The notes: a model not told the origin generated them from the sequence alone. 63,652 nucleotides of DNA, filler included, from Atractiella rhizophila (GCA_021432655.1; 3 parts of 3 records of this genome joined end to end with filler, not necessarily neighbours in it), one strand, 5' to 3'. Numbered from the whole stretch's first letter, positions 49,231 to 63,097 are shown. Numbers and translations: made by a program.

Positions 49231-51781
49231 TCACAACTTGGCCGTGCGCGCGACTTTTTTAACACCTTCTAATTCAGAAGGTCCAGCGGTTTTCGTCTCT
49301 CGTACATCCTCTCCAATAAGAATAACGGTCACGGTGATCTGTTCGGCAGTTAGCAAGCAGCCAAACGGAAGCTTCAGAGCCGATGGAAGTAAGAAAACCT
49401 ACATCGTCACGGTAGCGTCTTGACACTGGTGGAGGAATGGACAAAAGTGCCCTGACTTCCTTATCCACACCTCCAAGAGCGTTTCTAATCAGATGAGTCC
49501 CGAGATGTTCATCCTGGAAGACCCATCTTTGCTTCTTCTCCTTGCCCGAACCACTATGCGGTAGGGACGCCTTGTCCCCTTCTTCCTTCGGACCCGTTAC
49601 GCGCTCCAAAATACTCGCCGTTGTCTGCACACCTTTCAGTCCGTCTAACCACCCTCCCACCAACGCCACAATCTCCTCATTCGACAGGCGATCGTAAAGC
49701 CCATCCGTAGCGAGGACAACAAATCGTCGATCTCGTTGACTTGGAGTCCGGCGGGAAAGAAAGGAGAAGGGGGACTCCTTCTCTTTGTCGTCCCCAGGAG
49801 GTGTTGGAGGTGCAGCAACAGAGACGGTGACTACCTCCGGAACAGGCGTGACGTATGGAGGGGTGCGATAGAATGAAGGGACCCCACGTGTGGTGTCCGG
49901 TAGGATAGAGGAAAAGGTCTTCACTAATCGCTCTTGTACTCCAAGCGGCCACTGCAAATCGTATTCGACAACAAAAGTGATATTAGCAAGCATGAAAGGA
50001 GCAAGAGGGAAAGCAAACCTTGTATCGGCAATCTCCTAATGCTCTCGTCGGTTCAAGGCTACCCAAGACCCTCCCCCGTCTCACTACCGTCTCAGCTTCT
50101 GACGCTGGATGTTCCGAACGCATCCTGACTCAAATAATTAATAATCAACATCTGTACCATGAACAAATCGTACCGAATAGCCTCCTTCTCATTCCTCCCT
50201 GTCTGATCTTCACTCAACACCTCCAACCTCCATGTCCCCTTCCTTCCTTTTGAATCCATCGCATCCGGTTCCCAGGTACCCATAACAGCTCTGGAGTCCC
50301 CAGACACCGCAACGTGCAGCCTGTGCACCTGTGCCATTAGCTTGCAATGTTGGAACTTTGAGATAAGCGTACAGGTCTTTACTGGAATCCAGGTAGGCAA
50401 GCAGTGAGCATGACCCACTGAAAGCAGGTCGAAGGGCAGATAAGACCTCTTCTTCCCTCCCAGACCCAATCACCAATTCTTTCCGGTTCTCGTACTGTTT
50501 CAAATAATCCAATGGCTTAGTACGGATCTCATCGTCCAACTCTATAGTCGACAATTTAACAAGCGACAACATCGCAGGGGGACAACTGACTTTGAAAACC
50601 GTTCTTCATAGCTTGAGAAACGATCGAAGGACTTGAATCGAGCAAAGCGAGCTGTCCAACATCAAGCGGAGGAGTAGACTGTCCCAATTTGAGGATGGAC
50701 CAGAGGAGGTTGAGACTGGAGGAAGAATCTCCTCCTTTCCCGCTCTCTCGCAAGAATTGGTCCAAATATTCTGGAGAGCCGTTGAACACTTGTTGGAGCT
50801 CCTTTGCTACAAACGGGACGAGTCGAGTGGAAAGGAGTTTGGAAGTGTGAGGACCTGTATGTTTATTATCAGAGAAAGCGACATTGGCAAGGGGTGAGCC
50901 GACCGGAATGACCGTCAAATATTCCCCTGATACAGAAGAGTTGTAGGCATTAGTTGTCCATAGGCGCGAGTGTAGCACATACCAGAAACATAAGTCGCCC
51001 TGGACGCTGCTGCCGGGGGAGAAGGTGGATGGTGGACGGGAGATGAGAGTGGAGACGTAGGCGTCTTCGATTGGGGAGTTCGAGGATACAGAAGCAGTGT
51101 CCCATCCTAAACAACGTAAAGTATAAGTTAATGTGAGCGGAATGATTTCAGGTGCGCAATTCCAGATGAAAACATTGTCCAGGATTCATTTTGTCATTGT
51201 CAACGACAGCATCCTTGACTGTAGTGCAAAGCTCCTTAAGAAAGGAAATAAGGACTATCGAAACGTAAATGAAATGGAAAAGGGACGGCACTCCTCCACC
51301 CTCATCCACAACCCTCGCAATACACTAGCAACAGAAACGACTTACGTCGAACCCTATTCCCTACTCGATTAACCTCCCACGTCTCTTCTCCCTCCCTCAA
51401 TTTCTTCTCCGCTTCCTCTCTCCCCAACATCCTGACCTTTCTGTCCACGGGCACCACCTTCCCGTTCACTTTCGCAGGCACCGAAATGGTAAAGAACTCT
51501 TCCAAGTCCTTGTCATTTTTCATCGTCTGTGGCGCTTTGTAACGCGTGTATATCCAGTATGATACGCCTGATAATGCTGTTAATCCGAGGAATAGGGATA
51601 CGCTGGATAACGGAGAAGGTGTGGGCTTTGGTTTCGGTTTCAGGGATGTGTCGGATGACGCCTGGGGAGAAGAGGTAGACGCGTACGATGCGCGTGGAAG
51701 TAGACGCACTGCAGCTGTGGAAGCAAAGGAGGAAGAGTTGAAGCGAACGGGTCGCTTGGAGAGGAGGGAACGAGAAAGCAT
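49231..51781 (-). CDS. PTC5: mitochondrial PP2C pyruvate dehydrogenase phosphatase
   Basis: Presequence MLSRSLLSKRPVRF; SSNSPIED; RPAFSGSC; VAVSGDSRAV; TPPYVT; FVVLATDGLYD; THLIRNALGG; SRRYRDDITVTV. Confidence 0.92.
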
Positions 51782-52026
51782 TTGGTCGTCTGCCTTGCGC
51801 GATATTGACGCATTCAACATTCAACATTCAGCAATGTGGATCCCAAGATCATGGTAATACCTAACAGTGATAATGAAAGCAACTTTTGCAGCAAAGAATC
51901 TAAGGACCAGCATTTTATTTGATACACACAAGATATTTCATCTGTACATTGCATTTTCCTTCCCCTTTTAAATTCTTGTCACTAAATACTCAATGATTTG
52001 ATTGTCCTTTTTCACGTTTGTACCAC

Positions 52027-55000
52027 TCAGATCCTCCTTCCAATCTTCATTCCCACTCTCACCTGCACCAAATCGATGACCATTAGAAACTAGTTACGAA
52101 AGGCATGAAATGGAGATTCAGACTCACCAAAGTCTCAATACACTGCTTGCTATTATCAATCAAGTCCTGATCAAACTGTACCGTATTCTTCTCAAAAACG
52201 ATAACAATAGTCGAACCACCGAAAGCAAAATAACCAGTCTAATGTCCATCAGCGAAAGAGTGTGTCAGTTCAGGAGGTTCTGGCGGCAAAGGAGGGGAAG
52301 GAGGGGAAGGAGCGCACCTCATCACCACGCTTAATGTGGTCGCCTTCTTTGGCTGTCATACAGATGCTTCCCACCTACACCGAGAGAATCAATCAGGAGA
52401 AATCAGGGGAATGCGACGAAGAAAACGCACAAGCATCGCTCCGATGTGACACACCATCACTTGGCCGAATTGGGGGGATTGGATAGGCATGACGAGCCTG
52501 ACATTTTCACCGTAGACATCAATGCTGTAAAAGCACACGTCATTAAGTCATGTCAAAGCATGTCGAGGAGGAAATCATACGCCGAACGAATAGCCATAGG
52601 GTTAACAGTATAATACTGCCCTGCAATCTTCACCTGCGGTCCAATAACGCCATCAACTGGTGAATGATAGCGATGATAGTCTTGCGGTGCAAGCCTAAAT
52701 ATGACTAACGCCCCTCCTTCATACTTGCTCAATCCATCCTTGAACTTATCGCCAAACAAGCGACCAAGGCTGAATTCCCGACCCTTGATCCACAGGTTCG
52801 TAGCATCGTTAATGGTGGGGAAGACCATGCATCTACAATCCGCACCAGAGACAAGGATATTGGGATTGTCTGGCTCGTCTACGGGGCGGGCATCCGGCTT
52901 GAGCTTGCGGTAGAAGAACTCGTTGAAAGTCTCTGTGTTAACACAAGAAAAAGAATATGAGGAAGTTGATCATAACATATGGGATGAGCAGAGAGACGCA
53001 CTGAAACTAGGTAGGGGATCTAGCACCTCGTTCATATCGAGATTGTGGAAGGCAATGAAGGCTTCAATGCCTTTCGCAGACTCCGGATCGTCGTACTTGA
53101 TACCTTGCTTGAATGACATCGACTCCAACATGTTGCGGACTACAATCAGAGACCGTCAGAGCTCGAACTAGTACGTAGACAGAAAGATACGTACTCCTCG
53201 CTCCCTCCATCCGGTTGGAGCCCAGCCCTTTGTAAAGCAATCTGATACCCAGACGAACATAAACTTGCATTTTCTCCTCCAGCAGTTGACCAGTCCTTCG
53301 GTCTTGAACAATGATATTGGCATTATTCTGGACACATTCGTTAACAGCATATCATGAAGGACGAGGAGATGACTTACAGCTCCCAAACGATAACTTCCAG
53401 AGGATACCTTGCTGATGACTTTGGTAAACCACTTCCGATGAGCCTGAGAAGCTGTGACGAAGTTGCCGACCATGATCTTGTCGACAGTCTTCCAATCCTG
53501 ACTTGCACAAATGGCGAGATGAGTGACAATGTCCAATTCAGCTTTCGAGTTGAGCCTGGGCTTCTGACACAAGGGGCAGAATTTGATGTTAATGACTCGT
53601 TCGACAGAATCATCGGCCTCGTCAGCAGAAGAGGACAAGCCCTCGTTCGAAGTGGAAGAAGAGGTCGAATCCTGTCGGAGGTGCGGTTGATTGGGGGGAG
53701 CTTTAAGTGTCTCTCCCGTCGCAGCATTGACGATCTCCTCTCCTGCATTCAACGGCCTCAAACTTGCGCTCGTATCAGTCGCATTAGACGCCTTCAGCTC
53801 CTCCACTGCCGAAGCATTTCTCAGCTGCTCGCCAACGTAATCCAACTGCTGCCTTTCGAACTCCGGGGAACCAGTGACCTGTCCAAATCCGCCAGGATTG
53901 TTCACGTCCGGAGTCTGAAGTCCAGATTCGAACGCATCGTTGTCGACAGGTCTCTTCTCGTTATTTGGTTTCGCGATCTGCTCCTCCAGACAGATGATGA
54001 GCTCGTCCACGGTCAGCGAGTCACTCTCGCTCTTGCCAAACCGGGTGAAGAAAGTGGTAATCGTGTTCTTGGACAAAGTAGAACCGAGAGCGTCGAGCAT
54101 GGAGAACAATTCAACGTAAGAGATGGTGCCAGAATTGTCGATGTCATATTGCTTGATCCATTGGCGCCAAAACTGTTGACGGAGGGCCTCGTATGGCGTA
54201 AACTTCGCTCTGATCTTAAGTTTCGGGGACGATTTTTCCATATCGCTCTTGATGGTGATAGGAAGCGTGAACTCCTTAAAGTCGTCCCCAACGAGGGAAT
54301 CGCCTTTGACGGGGAACAGTCCGGTTTCGAGGCTCGGCTTGGAAGCGATTGAGAGGAGTTCCGACAGGTCAAGTTTAGTTTCTCCAATCGAATCATTCGA
54401 GGTCAGCTTGTCCCAGTCGAAGATGTTGTAACAGATTTGATACTTGGATTCGGCGCGCTTAACGTGAAAAAAGAGTTTTTCACCCCACGTTGGGTTAAGG
54501 GAATGCCGTATGACACGCGTCCTAAAGACTTTCTGACCAAAAGAGATAATAACGAAGGGGTCCATGTCGAAACCAGTGCGCGTCACTAAAATCACAAGGT
54601 CATCAACTGTGACATACAGCAACAAATGGTAGGCAACTTACTATTCTTATAACGTGGCAAATCGTCTGCTCCCTTGATTTCCAAGAAGACCAAACCGAGC
54701 ACATCGTCCGCTCCTCCAGACTGGAAAGTGTACGCTCCATCCCTACTCTTCCTCGACTTCTTCTTCTTCTTCTTCCCCTTTCCCTCCGTCGGCGGCGCGA
54801 CCTGATCCGCACCAGGTTCTGTCGCCTTCTTCCTCCCGGGGACGAACTTGAGCCTCTTCTTTTCCGTCGAAGGAGTCGTTGCTCCCGAAGGTATAGGAGT
54901 GGATACGGACGATGGGACGTCAGAACTAGTATCGACTTCGAGATTGGATGCCGAGGTGGTACGAGAAGGAGAGACGATTTCGAGGCCGCTGTTCCCCTGC

Positions 55001-56477
55001 GCATGAATCCAGGTAGAGGAAGAGTCGTCTTCCTCGTCGCCGTCACCGCAGGCTGTTGAACTTCGGGAGCAGCGACGACTTTAGCTTCAGCAGGCTGAGG
55101 TGTCTTATTGAAATACTCGTCAAGTTGTTCCGCGATATCTTCCTGGGCGTCACTCTCTTCCGCGCTCTCTTCTTCCTCCTCATCATCGCTTTCCGAATCG
55201 GAGCTGCTACTGTCGCCAGGTTGACCCATTCCTATCCCTTTAGCCATTTCTTCACCTCTCACTTCTCCAGCGACGGTTCCAAAGGATTGTTCTGGCGGAT
55301 GAAAGATAGCTCTATCCTCCTTCGACATTCTCCGATCGATGCTTTGATCCATCGCTCGCTTGAAGAAAGCAGCGAGTTCGGCCTCTTTGGATTGAGGGAG
55401 CGGTTGGATATCCAACGGCAGACTCTTCTCGATCGAGGCTGGAGGAGGAGCGTTCGGAGTGCCGGGACGAGACCGATTTGGATGAGGACGTCGCCAGTGA
55501 CTGAACCCTTGCTTCCGGACCTCGTTGAATAAAGCGGAGCCCAGAACGGCTTCACAACAACAACGTAAGCGTGTGGAAGAACGGTGGGGGGGAGGACTAC
55601 ATACCACGTTCTTCTCGTTCAACAGTCCGACGGGAGGAAAGTCATCCTCGACGCTGTGAGCGTCCTTCTGCTTCCTCCAGCTCTTGCCTACTCCTCCGAA
55701 CCAACTTTCGAGCCCGAAACTGACTTCTCCCAAATAATCCTTCTTTGATAGCATATCCTTATCCCACATTACCAATTCGATCCTCTCCCGGTCCAAGAAC
55801 TCGACGCTGTCCCAAATAGGGACGACCAACTTGGCATCGTGAGTGTACGAAGCGACACGATTCGCGAGCGGCGTGGACGTGACCGCGGGAGTAGATGAGT
55901 TGACAGGGTTGGACCATACCGGATTGAGAGTTTTGCTGATCGATGGAGATTGAGACTTTGTTTTCCCAAATCTGAGGACGACATAAGGATCAGAATACCC
56001 GTTCCTGTCCTTCGCCAGCAGGTTTCTCGCGCCACTGACGATGACGACCAGGTTCGCGATCGGAGGTTTGCTAGCATCGATCGTCGAGAAGATGTCAGCT
56101 CTGAGAGTGGCTATCGAGGCGGTACCCCTCAGATTCCTAGGCGTCACTTTCTTCCCAATCTTCTTCGCCTTTCCCGCACTCGCGCTCGCCAAATTCGCAC
56201 CGCCCTTTCTAATCTTGGGGCTCGGGAGCGCAGACAATTTGGTCGGCAAGTTCGTCAATGCGTTGGGTACGAGACGTTGGAACGAGAGGCGCTTCCCTCC
56301 GTTCTTGCCCTCAGTCAACGGCGTGGAAGCACTCGTCGGCGTCGGCGTGCTGTCCGAACCTGGAGAGAGCGGAACAGGTGAGGTAGTGGATACCAAGGGT
56401 GAGTTGGACGGCGCGGGAACGTTGGGAGGCGCGTCCGAGATGGAGAGTGATGGCACGGGAGGCTTGGAGGGTGCCAT
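52027..56477 (-). CDS. PSD2: phosphatidylserine decarboxylase proenzyme 2
   Basis: Two C2 domains, an EF-hand, [32 protein letters not shown] and the FGGST cleavage motif. Two apparent 1-nt frameshifts near 55465 and 54978. Confidence 0.95.
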
Positions 56478-56999
56478 GACGGTGGTCGATGTTGGGGAGT
56501 TTCTGGACGAATGTCTTGTCAGAAAACAACTCTGGCAGTCGATTCACCGGAAATCTAAAGGACGAGCTGACAATGATGCACAAAACCGCGGCGTTGATAG
56601 AACACACGAATCCCAAATGTAATCGGAAAGAAGTGCTCACCACAAACTGCTACCTCTTATAACTTTCCAAGAATCACGGACAAACGTTGCCTTGTGAACA
56701 GTTGTAAATACGATGAAGGAGCCAATCCGGCGTTGATGGAGGCTGTCCCTGTCGAATCTGCGGTATGGGGGAGAACCAGAGAGGCTGGGCGTGGAGTATG
56801 AGCGTGCAGGGGACGAGATGGTGAGATCACTTGGAGCTGTGATGGTGCAGGTATTTATCTGTTCCCTCTTGCGGAATAATCCGATTCGGATATGACGTGC
56901 GTGGGTATATCTTGATCTCTGCCTTTCTAGGAAATCACCGACCAGCCAACCCAGAAGAGACTGCAAGGGTGAAGGAAACAGCAATAGCTATAAGACACC

Positions 57000-58289
57000 A
57001 TGATTCTGCTCGAAGACTCCAACATGCTCATCACTGGTTCGTTCTTCTAGTCCTTCTGCCGTTCCAGTGCCATTCTGATCCCAATAATACCAGACTTCCT
57101 CACGGAGAAGTTCAACAAGTCAGTCCCTCTGAGTCGCAGCAGCAGCGCCTAATCGCCATGACACAGGCCAGGGTCCGTAGATCAAGCATTTGTAGACTTC
57201 GACGGTGTCCGATACCACCTCTCCACTCCTCACACGAAGAACACGCTCGTGTTATCGATCGACATTCGGTGTTGGCAGGAGTTGCTCGCTTATGGAGCCG
57301 AGGAAGTAATCAGGAGGGAATATGGCAACTGGATCACTGATACCGAAGAAGGATACTGTCTCAGTCTCAAATTTGATGTGGATGGCATTCCGGCGGAGGG
57401 AGGTGCGTCCATCTATTCCGCTTGGATGATGGGATGGTTGGATTGAGGCGACATGCATTTAGAGGAGCGGACGAAGTTGATTCACTCCCTTTCTCAACTC
57501 AAGCGCTCCGCCATGGCAGCACCGTTTGAGCGTGCCTTTGCGCTACAGAAGCAGTTCGAGTCCTCACCCTCACCTCCGGGCGAACCACCAAAGATGTCGG
57601 AGTTGATGCAGATCCATTATCGGTATGTCGTTCCCTCCATCATCCTCATCCTGGGCAGAGAAAGGCCTGACTGAAGATGATGTTTGACAGACCGGAAGAA
57701 GCAATTTATGTCCAAGCCTCGCAGGATCGTGTGACCGTGTTCTTCAGCACCATCTTCAAAGAAGAGACGGATCGAATTTTCGGCAAAGTGTTCCTCCAAG
57801 TCTGTCTCCCTCTCCTTCTTCAGCTACATCTTTAACCCCCGTCCTGCACTAGGAATTCGTAGACGCGCGTAAGACCCCCAGTCTGCAAAGCGCACCTCAA
57901 GTCCTCTACTCGAACCGGGAGCCCCCGCTCGAAATCAGGCACCTTCCAGGCCTCTCGACGTCCGAAAACGTCGGCTACGTAACCTTCATCCTCTTCCCCC
58001 GTCACTACAACACCCCCTCCCAGGCCGCGAACACGATCTCGCAGATCCAACTGTTCAGGACTTATTTGCACTATCACCTGAAGTGCTCGAAGGCTTATAT
58101 GCAGAGCAGGATGCGATCCAGAGTCGCCGAGTTCTTGAAGATCCTTAATAGGGCTAAACCGGAGACGCAGACCAAAGAGAAGAAGACAGCCACGTACGTT
58201 CTTTTTCTTTTTCTTTTCTTATCGTCCACGGATGGAATCTAATTATGCTTATCCGTGGATGTAGCGGGAGGACGTTCGTGCGTCGGTAA
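57000..58289 (+). CDS. ARC35: Arp2/3 complex 34-kDa subunit (ARPC2)
   Basis: [85 protein letters not shown]. Confidence 0.97.
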
Positions 58290-58596
58290 ATGTGGAGTGG
58301 TTCGCAGATTGTTCAAGTTGTAGAGAAGAAAAGACCGTGTGCCATAGCGATTTGACTTGACCTGTATCTCACTCCTTCCTCCTTACGAACGGACGGTTGG
58401 AGATAAAATGAAAAATTCACATGCATTATGAATCTAAGTGGGGTTTGAAGGGAAGTTCAAAAGCGAGTAATAAGTAATAGAACTGTCCATAGAAGGAGGA
58501 TCAAAGAAGAACAACATCAAAAGGCAGAGAAGGAAGGAGGCGGGATTAAAATAGCCAAGAGCATCCATCATCCATATGATATGCGTCAGTCTACTC

Positions 58597-59312
58597 TCAA
58601 AGAGCAATCCAAGCCCCTCCAACTATACCTGCGAGGGTCAAAACCAAACCAGCGAGTAATCCCTTGACATTGTTCCCTACAGCGGCGGAATCCTCATCGT
58701 CCACCTCCGAGAACTTGCCAAGCTGATCCAATCCCAAGCTGGCAAACGCCTGGGTGTTCGTCCCAACTGCCTGTGAGGCATGGCTGGAGAGCGAACCGAG
58801 GTAGGAGGATAGGTCAATGATCGTGCCTGCGGGAACGGGGGAGGGGACGAATGTCTATATCATATTTCGTTGAGTGAGTTGAAGGAAGAAGCGACGGGAA
58901 GAGGGGACGAACGGGTGATACCCATGTCGTTACGAAGGGCTAGGTATTGAGAGGGTGAGAGGAGAAGGAGAGGATGAGAAGCGTGCGTACAACCGATACG
59001 CCGGCTGAGAGATACCAAGCTGTGGTAGGAACTCGTCAACGTCCAGTCCCAGTTTCAGACGACAAGCCTAGGAAAAACTCACTGGTCCGCGGCGCTGTGG
59101 GAGTCGTGGTATCACCAGCTCCTCCACCAGGTGCAACACTGTCCACCCATCCACGCATCCATCCAGGAATGATGAGCTTCATTCTTCGACCCATCAAATA
59201 TGAGGAGAACATAGGAGACGAACCCTCCATTATCCTGTGCGCGTACTTGGATCACCAGTAGGACTGCAAAAAGGAGGAGGTGTAGGAAAGGAAAGGAGGT
59301 GATTCGTGCCAT
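58597..59312 (-). CDS. small secreted or GPI-anchored protein, copy 1
   Basis: Signal peptide MARITSFPFLHLLLFAVLLVIQVRAQ; TFVPLPVPAGTIIDLSSYLGS; hydrophobic tail GLLAGIVGGAWIAL*. Confidence 0.75.
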
Positions 59313-59613
59313 GCCGTCGCTTCGTAACCTGGATAGCAAAGTAACGAACAAATCGTCTGGTCGATGATGTTCTCCAAATGACAACGACAATGCCGAGTTC
59401 GCAGGTTGATTTCGGTTGATGTGTGATCATGATGCAGCTTGATGTCGTTTAATGCGAACCAAGCAGCAATGATAACGGGACAAGGTTAAGCTCGAATGCG
59501 GGGCCCCACGTATAAAAGAAGGCCTCGCGCACTGCGGAGTGTTGCCACCTCCCCCTGCTTGCTAGCCAACGATTGCAGCTTTATTGCAGCTTAGATCTCC
59601 AACCGTTTAGAAA

Positions 59614-60234
59614 ATGGTCTTCCAACTTCTCTGTGCGCTTTCTCTTCAGCAGATCGTTTGGACTGGTGACTGACGGATCGCAACGATGACACAGCTCACA
59701 ATCCCGCACTTATCCCCCTTTTTGGGGCAGTCGTACGTTTTTCTTCTTCTCCGTCGATGGTTTGATATTGGAAGGATGAAACTAAGGGTCGTGATAGGGT
59801 CTTGGATTGGCGCTTGGTGGTGCCACCGCTGTACATTATTTGAAGAACAAGTATGTTCCTTCTATTTTTCCCATCTGTCCATTCGAGATGTGTGCTGATA
59901 GACTTGATCGAATAGCCCAGACGTCGTTGTCAATAAACGTCAGAACCCGCAACCTTGGAACCGGGTGAAGCAAAGCGAAAACACGAAGGTCAGTCCGTCT
60001 CCATCCTGCGCTCACAGCGATGAAAGAAGACGGAGCATATTCTGATGAGTGGGATGGCAGTTCTTTTCCTGGAATCCCGACTTCTGGAAAGCGCGTGCTG
60101 AAGCCGTCGACCCTCGACGTGCTTTCTTGGAGGAGGACGAGTTGGCGACGGGGAAGAAAGTGAGCGAGAAGGCGAAGGAGCTGTATGAGAGGCATAGGGG
60201 GAGGTATCGGCTGAATGAGAAGAATGATGAGTGA
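59614..60234 (+). CDS. NDUFA4/COXFA4 (MLRQ/B12D family) small mitochondrial membrane protein, copy 1
   Basis: Five exons splice to MVFQLLSHNPALIPLFGAVGLGLALGGATAVHYLKNNPDVVVNKRQNPQPWNRVKQSENTKFFSWNPDFWKAR.... Confidence 0.85.
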
Positions 60235-60828
60235 AATGACTGTGCGATCCTTGGACGGTTTGTGTTTGAGGTATGGTCTGTGGAGGAGTGGAGGCGTGGT
60301 GCGTTTGGTCAGTGATTGGTGAAGTGTTTAGGTCTGGTGGTGATGTAGGTGTACAACTGTCATTTTTGAATTTATGTATGGTTATTGAACTCATCACCCA
60401 CCTGTACACACAAGTAAGTAAGGTAGTGCTGCGATTGCTAAGAACGAAAACTTGATATCGTTTTGTTTTGTATGGATGATTGTTTTGTCGGCAACGGAGC
60501 AGGGCAAGCCGATAAGTCGCTCGAATATTCGACAGATCAGCGGGCGATCCACGAATCTGTATCTCCATCTCACCCAAGCGGCCGGGCGAAAGAGCAGCTG
60601 TCTCCAAGACAAGAAAAAAGAAAAAAGATATAAGGAGCTCGAAAATTCGACGCGCTGGAGAAACGCGTTGCGACGTGATCGAGGCAGGTGGCGAAGGCCA
60701 AACAGACGCCGAACTTGGCCAACGCCAACACAACAAGCCAGAATCCCAGAACATCGAACCTCCCGTCCGACTATAAAAGGTAAAGGTACAAACAGCTGCC
60801 CCAGCGGAAGAACGCGTAGAATAGCGAG

Positions 60829-61192
60829 ATGGACTTTGGCTTGGATCTCCAGAGCGACTCTCCACCCGCCAAACGTGCCCGACTCTCCTCACCGTCCCCT
60901 CAGACCCGGACAGCAGCGACAACAGGCCAGCCATCCTCTGGAGTCCCGACGATATCACTCTCCCCTGCTTCCTCGTACGCTTCCCAACGTACGGCTTTTC
61001 AAACACCAGGACATATCACTTCTTTTTCGTATTCTCCCAACCGCGAACTCCTCCTAGGTCCACGGAAGAATGAGGCGTTGCGTCCCATCGCGAAGCGGAC
61101 CGTGGGAGCTGATGTGGATTTCGATCTCAATAGAGGGTACGAGCAATGTGTTTGGCGGGAGGAAGGGGAGGGGTTGTTGGTGGATGAAAAAA
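60829..61192 (+). pseudogene. RAI1: 5' fragment of Rai1/DXO decapping nuclease, truncated at the duplication junction
   Basis: FQTPGHITSFSYSPNREL...LR...DLNRGYEQ resembles the Rai1 N-terminus. The sequence switches to ARC35 at 61193. Confidence 0.7.
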
Positions 61193-61763
61193 CAAGCCTC
61201 GCAGGATCGTGTGACCGTGTTCTTCAGCACCATCTTCAAAGAAGAGACGGATCGAATTTTCGGCAAAGTGTTCCTCCAAGTCTGTCTGCCCTCTCCTTCG
61301 TCAGCTACATGTTTAACCCCCGTCCTGCACTAGGAATTCGTAGACGCGCGTAAGACCCCCAGTCTGCAAAGCGCACCTCAAGTCCTCTACTCGAACCGGG
61401 AGCCACCGCTCGAAATCAGGCACCTTCCAGGCCTCTCGACGTCCGAAAACGTCGGCTACGTAACCTTCATCCTCTTCCCCCGCCACTACAACACCCCCTC
61501 CCAGGCCGCGAACACGATCTCGCAGATCCAACTGTTCAGGACTTACTTGCACTATCACCTCAAGTGCTCGAAGGCTTATATGCAGAGCAGGATGCGATCC
61601 AGAGTCGCTGAGTTCTTGAAGATCCTTAATAGGGCTAAACCGGAGACGCAAACCAAGGAGAAAAAGACGGCCACGTACGTTCTTTTTCTTTTCTTTCGTC
61701 CACGGGTGGAATCTAATGATGATTATCCGTGGATGTAGCGGGAGGACGTTTGTTCGTCGGTAA
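61193..61763 (+). pseudogene. ARC35: 3' half of ARC35 (duplicate)
   Basis: Copy of 57713-58289 with introns and frame intact. In-frame ATG at 61184. Confidence 0.85.
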
Positions 61764-62068
61764 ATGTGGAGTGATTCGCAGATTGTTCAAGCTGTAGAGA
61801 AGAAAGACCGTGTGCCATAGCGATTTGACTTGACCTGTATCTCACTCCTTCCTCCTTACGAACGGACGGTTGGAGATAAAATGAAAAATTCACATGCATT
61901 ATGAATCTAAGTGGGTTTGAAGGGAGTTCAAAAAGCGAGTAATAAGTAATAGAACTGTCCGCAGAAGGAGGATCAAAGAAGAACAACATCAAAAGGCAGA
62001 GAAGGAAGGAGGCGGGATTAAAATAGCCAAGAGCATCCATCATCCGTACGATATGCGTCAGTCTACTC

Positions 62069-62787
62069 TCAAAGAGCAATCCAAGCCCCTCCAACTATAC
62101 CTGCGAGGGTCAGAACCAAACCAGCGAGTAATCCCTTGACATTGTTCCCCACGGCGGCGGAATCCTCATCGTCCACTTCCGAGAACTTGCCAAGCTGATC
62201 CAATCCCAAGCTGGCAAAGGCCTGGGTGTTCGTCCCCACTGCCTGTGAGGCATGGCTGGAGAGCGAACCGAGGTAGGAGGATAGGTCGATGATCGTGCCT
62301 GCGGGAACGGGGGAGGGGACGAATGTCTAGATATCATATCCCGATAAGTGAGTTGAAGGAAGAAGCGAACGGAAGATGGGACGAACGGGTGATACCCATG
62401 TCGTTACGAATGGCTAGGTATTGAGAGAGGTGAGAGGAGAAGGAGAGGATGAGAAGCGTGCGTACAACCGATACGCCTGCTGAGAGATACCAAGCTGGGG
62501 TAGGAACTCGTCAACGTCCAGTCCCAGTTTCAGAGGAAAAGCCTAGGAAAAACTCACTGGTCCGCGGCGCTGTGGGAGTCGTGGTATCACCAGCTCCTCC
62601 ACCAGGTGCAGCACTGTCCACCCATCCACCCATCCATCCAGGATTGATGAGCCTCCATTCTTGGACGCATCAAATATGAGGACAATGATGAGACAAACCC
62701 TGCATCATCCTGTGCGCGTACTTGGATCACCAGTAGGACTGCAAAAAGGAGGAGGTGCAGGAAAGGAAAGGAGGTGATTCGTGCCAT
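62069..62787 (-). CDS. small secreted or GPI-anchored protein, copy 2
   Basis: Near-identical to 58597-59312. Confidence 0.75.
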
Positions 62788-63097
62788 GCCGTCGCTTCGT
62801 AACCTGGATAGCAAAGTAACGAACAAATCGTCTGGTCAATGTCGATGATGTTCTCTAAATGACAATGCCGAGTTCGCAGGTTGATTTCGGTTGATGTGTG
62901 ATCATGATGCAGATCGATGAAGTTTAATGCGAACCAAGGCAGGAGTGATAACGGGACAAGGTTAAGCTCGAATGCGGGGCCCCACGTATAAAAGAAGGCC
63001 TCACGCACTGCGGAGTGTTGCCACCTCCCCCTTTGCTAACCAACGATTGCAGCTTTATTGCACGCCTGAGCAGCTTAGATCTCCAACCGTTTAGAAA

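Noticed and set aside
53354..54352. 332-aa plus-strand ORF
   Set aside because: Antisense shadow of a long PSD2 exon.
59990..61057. Long ORFs 59990-61006 (-) and 60452-61057 (+)
   Set aside because: They overlap the NDUFA4-like gene and RAI1 fragment in other frames and show no protein-like features.
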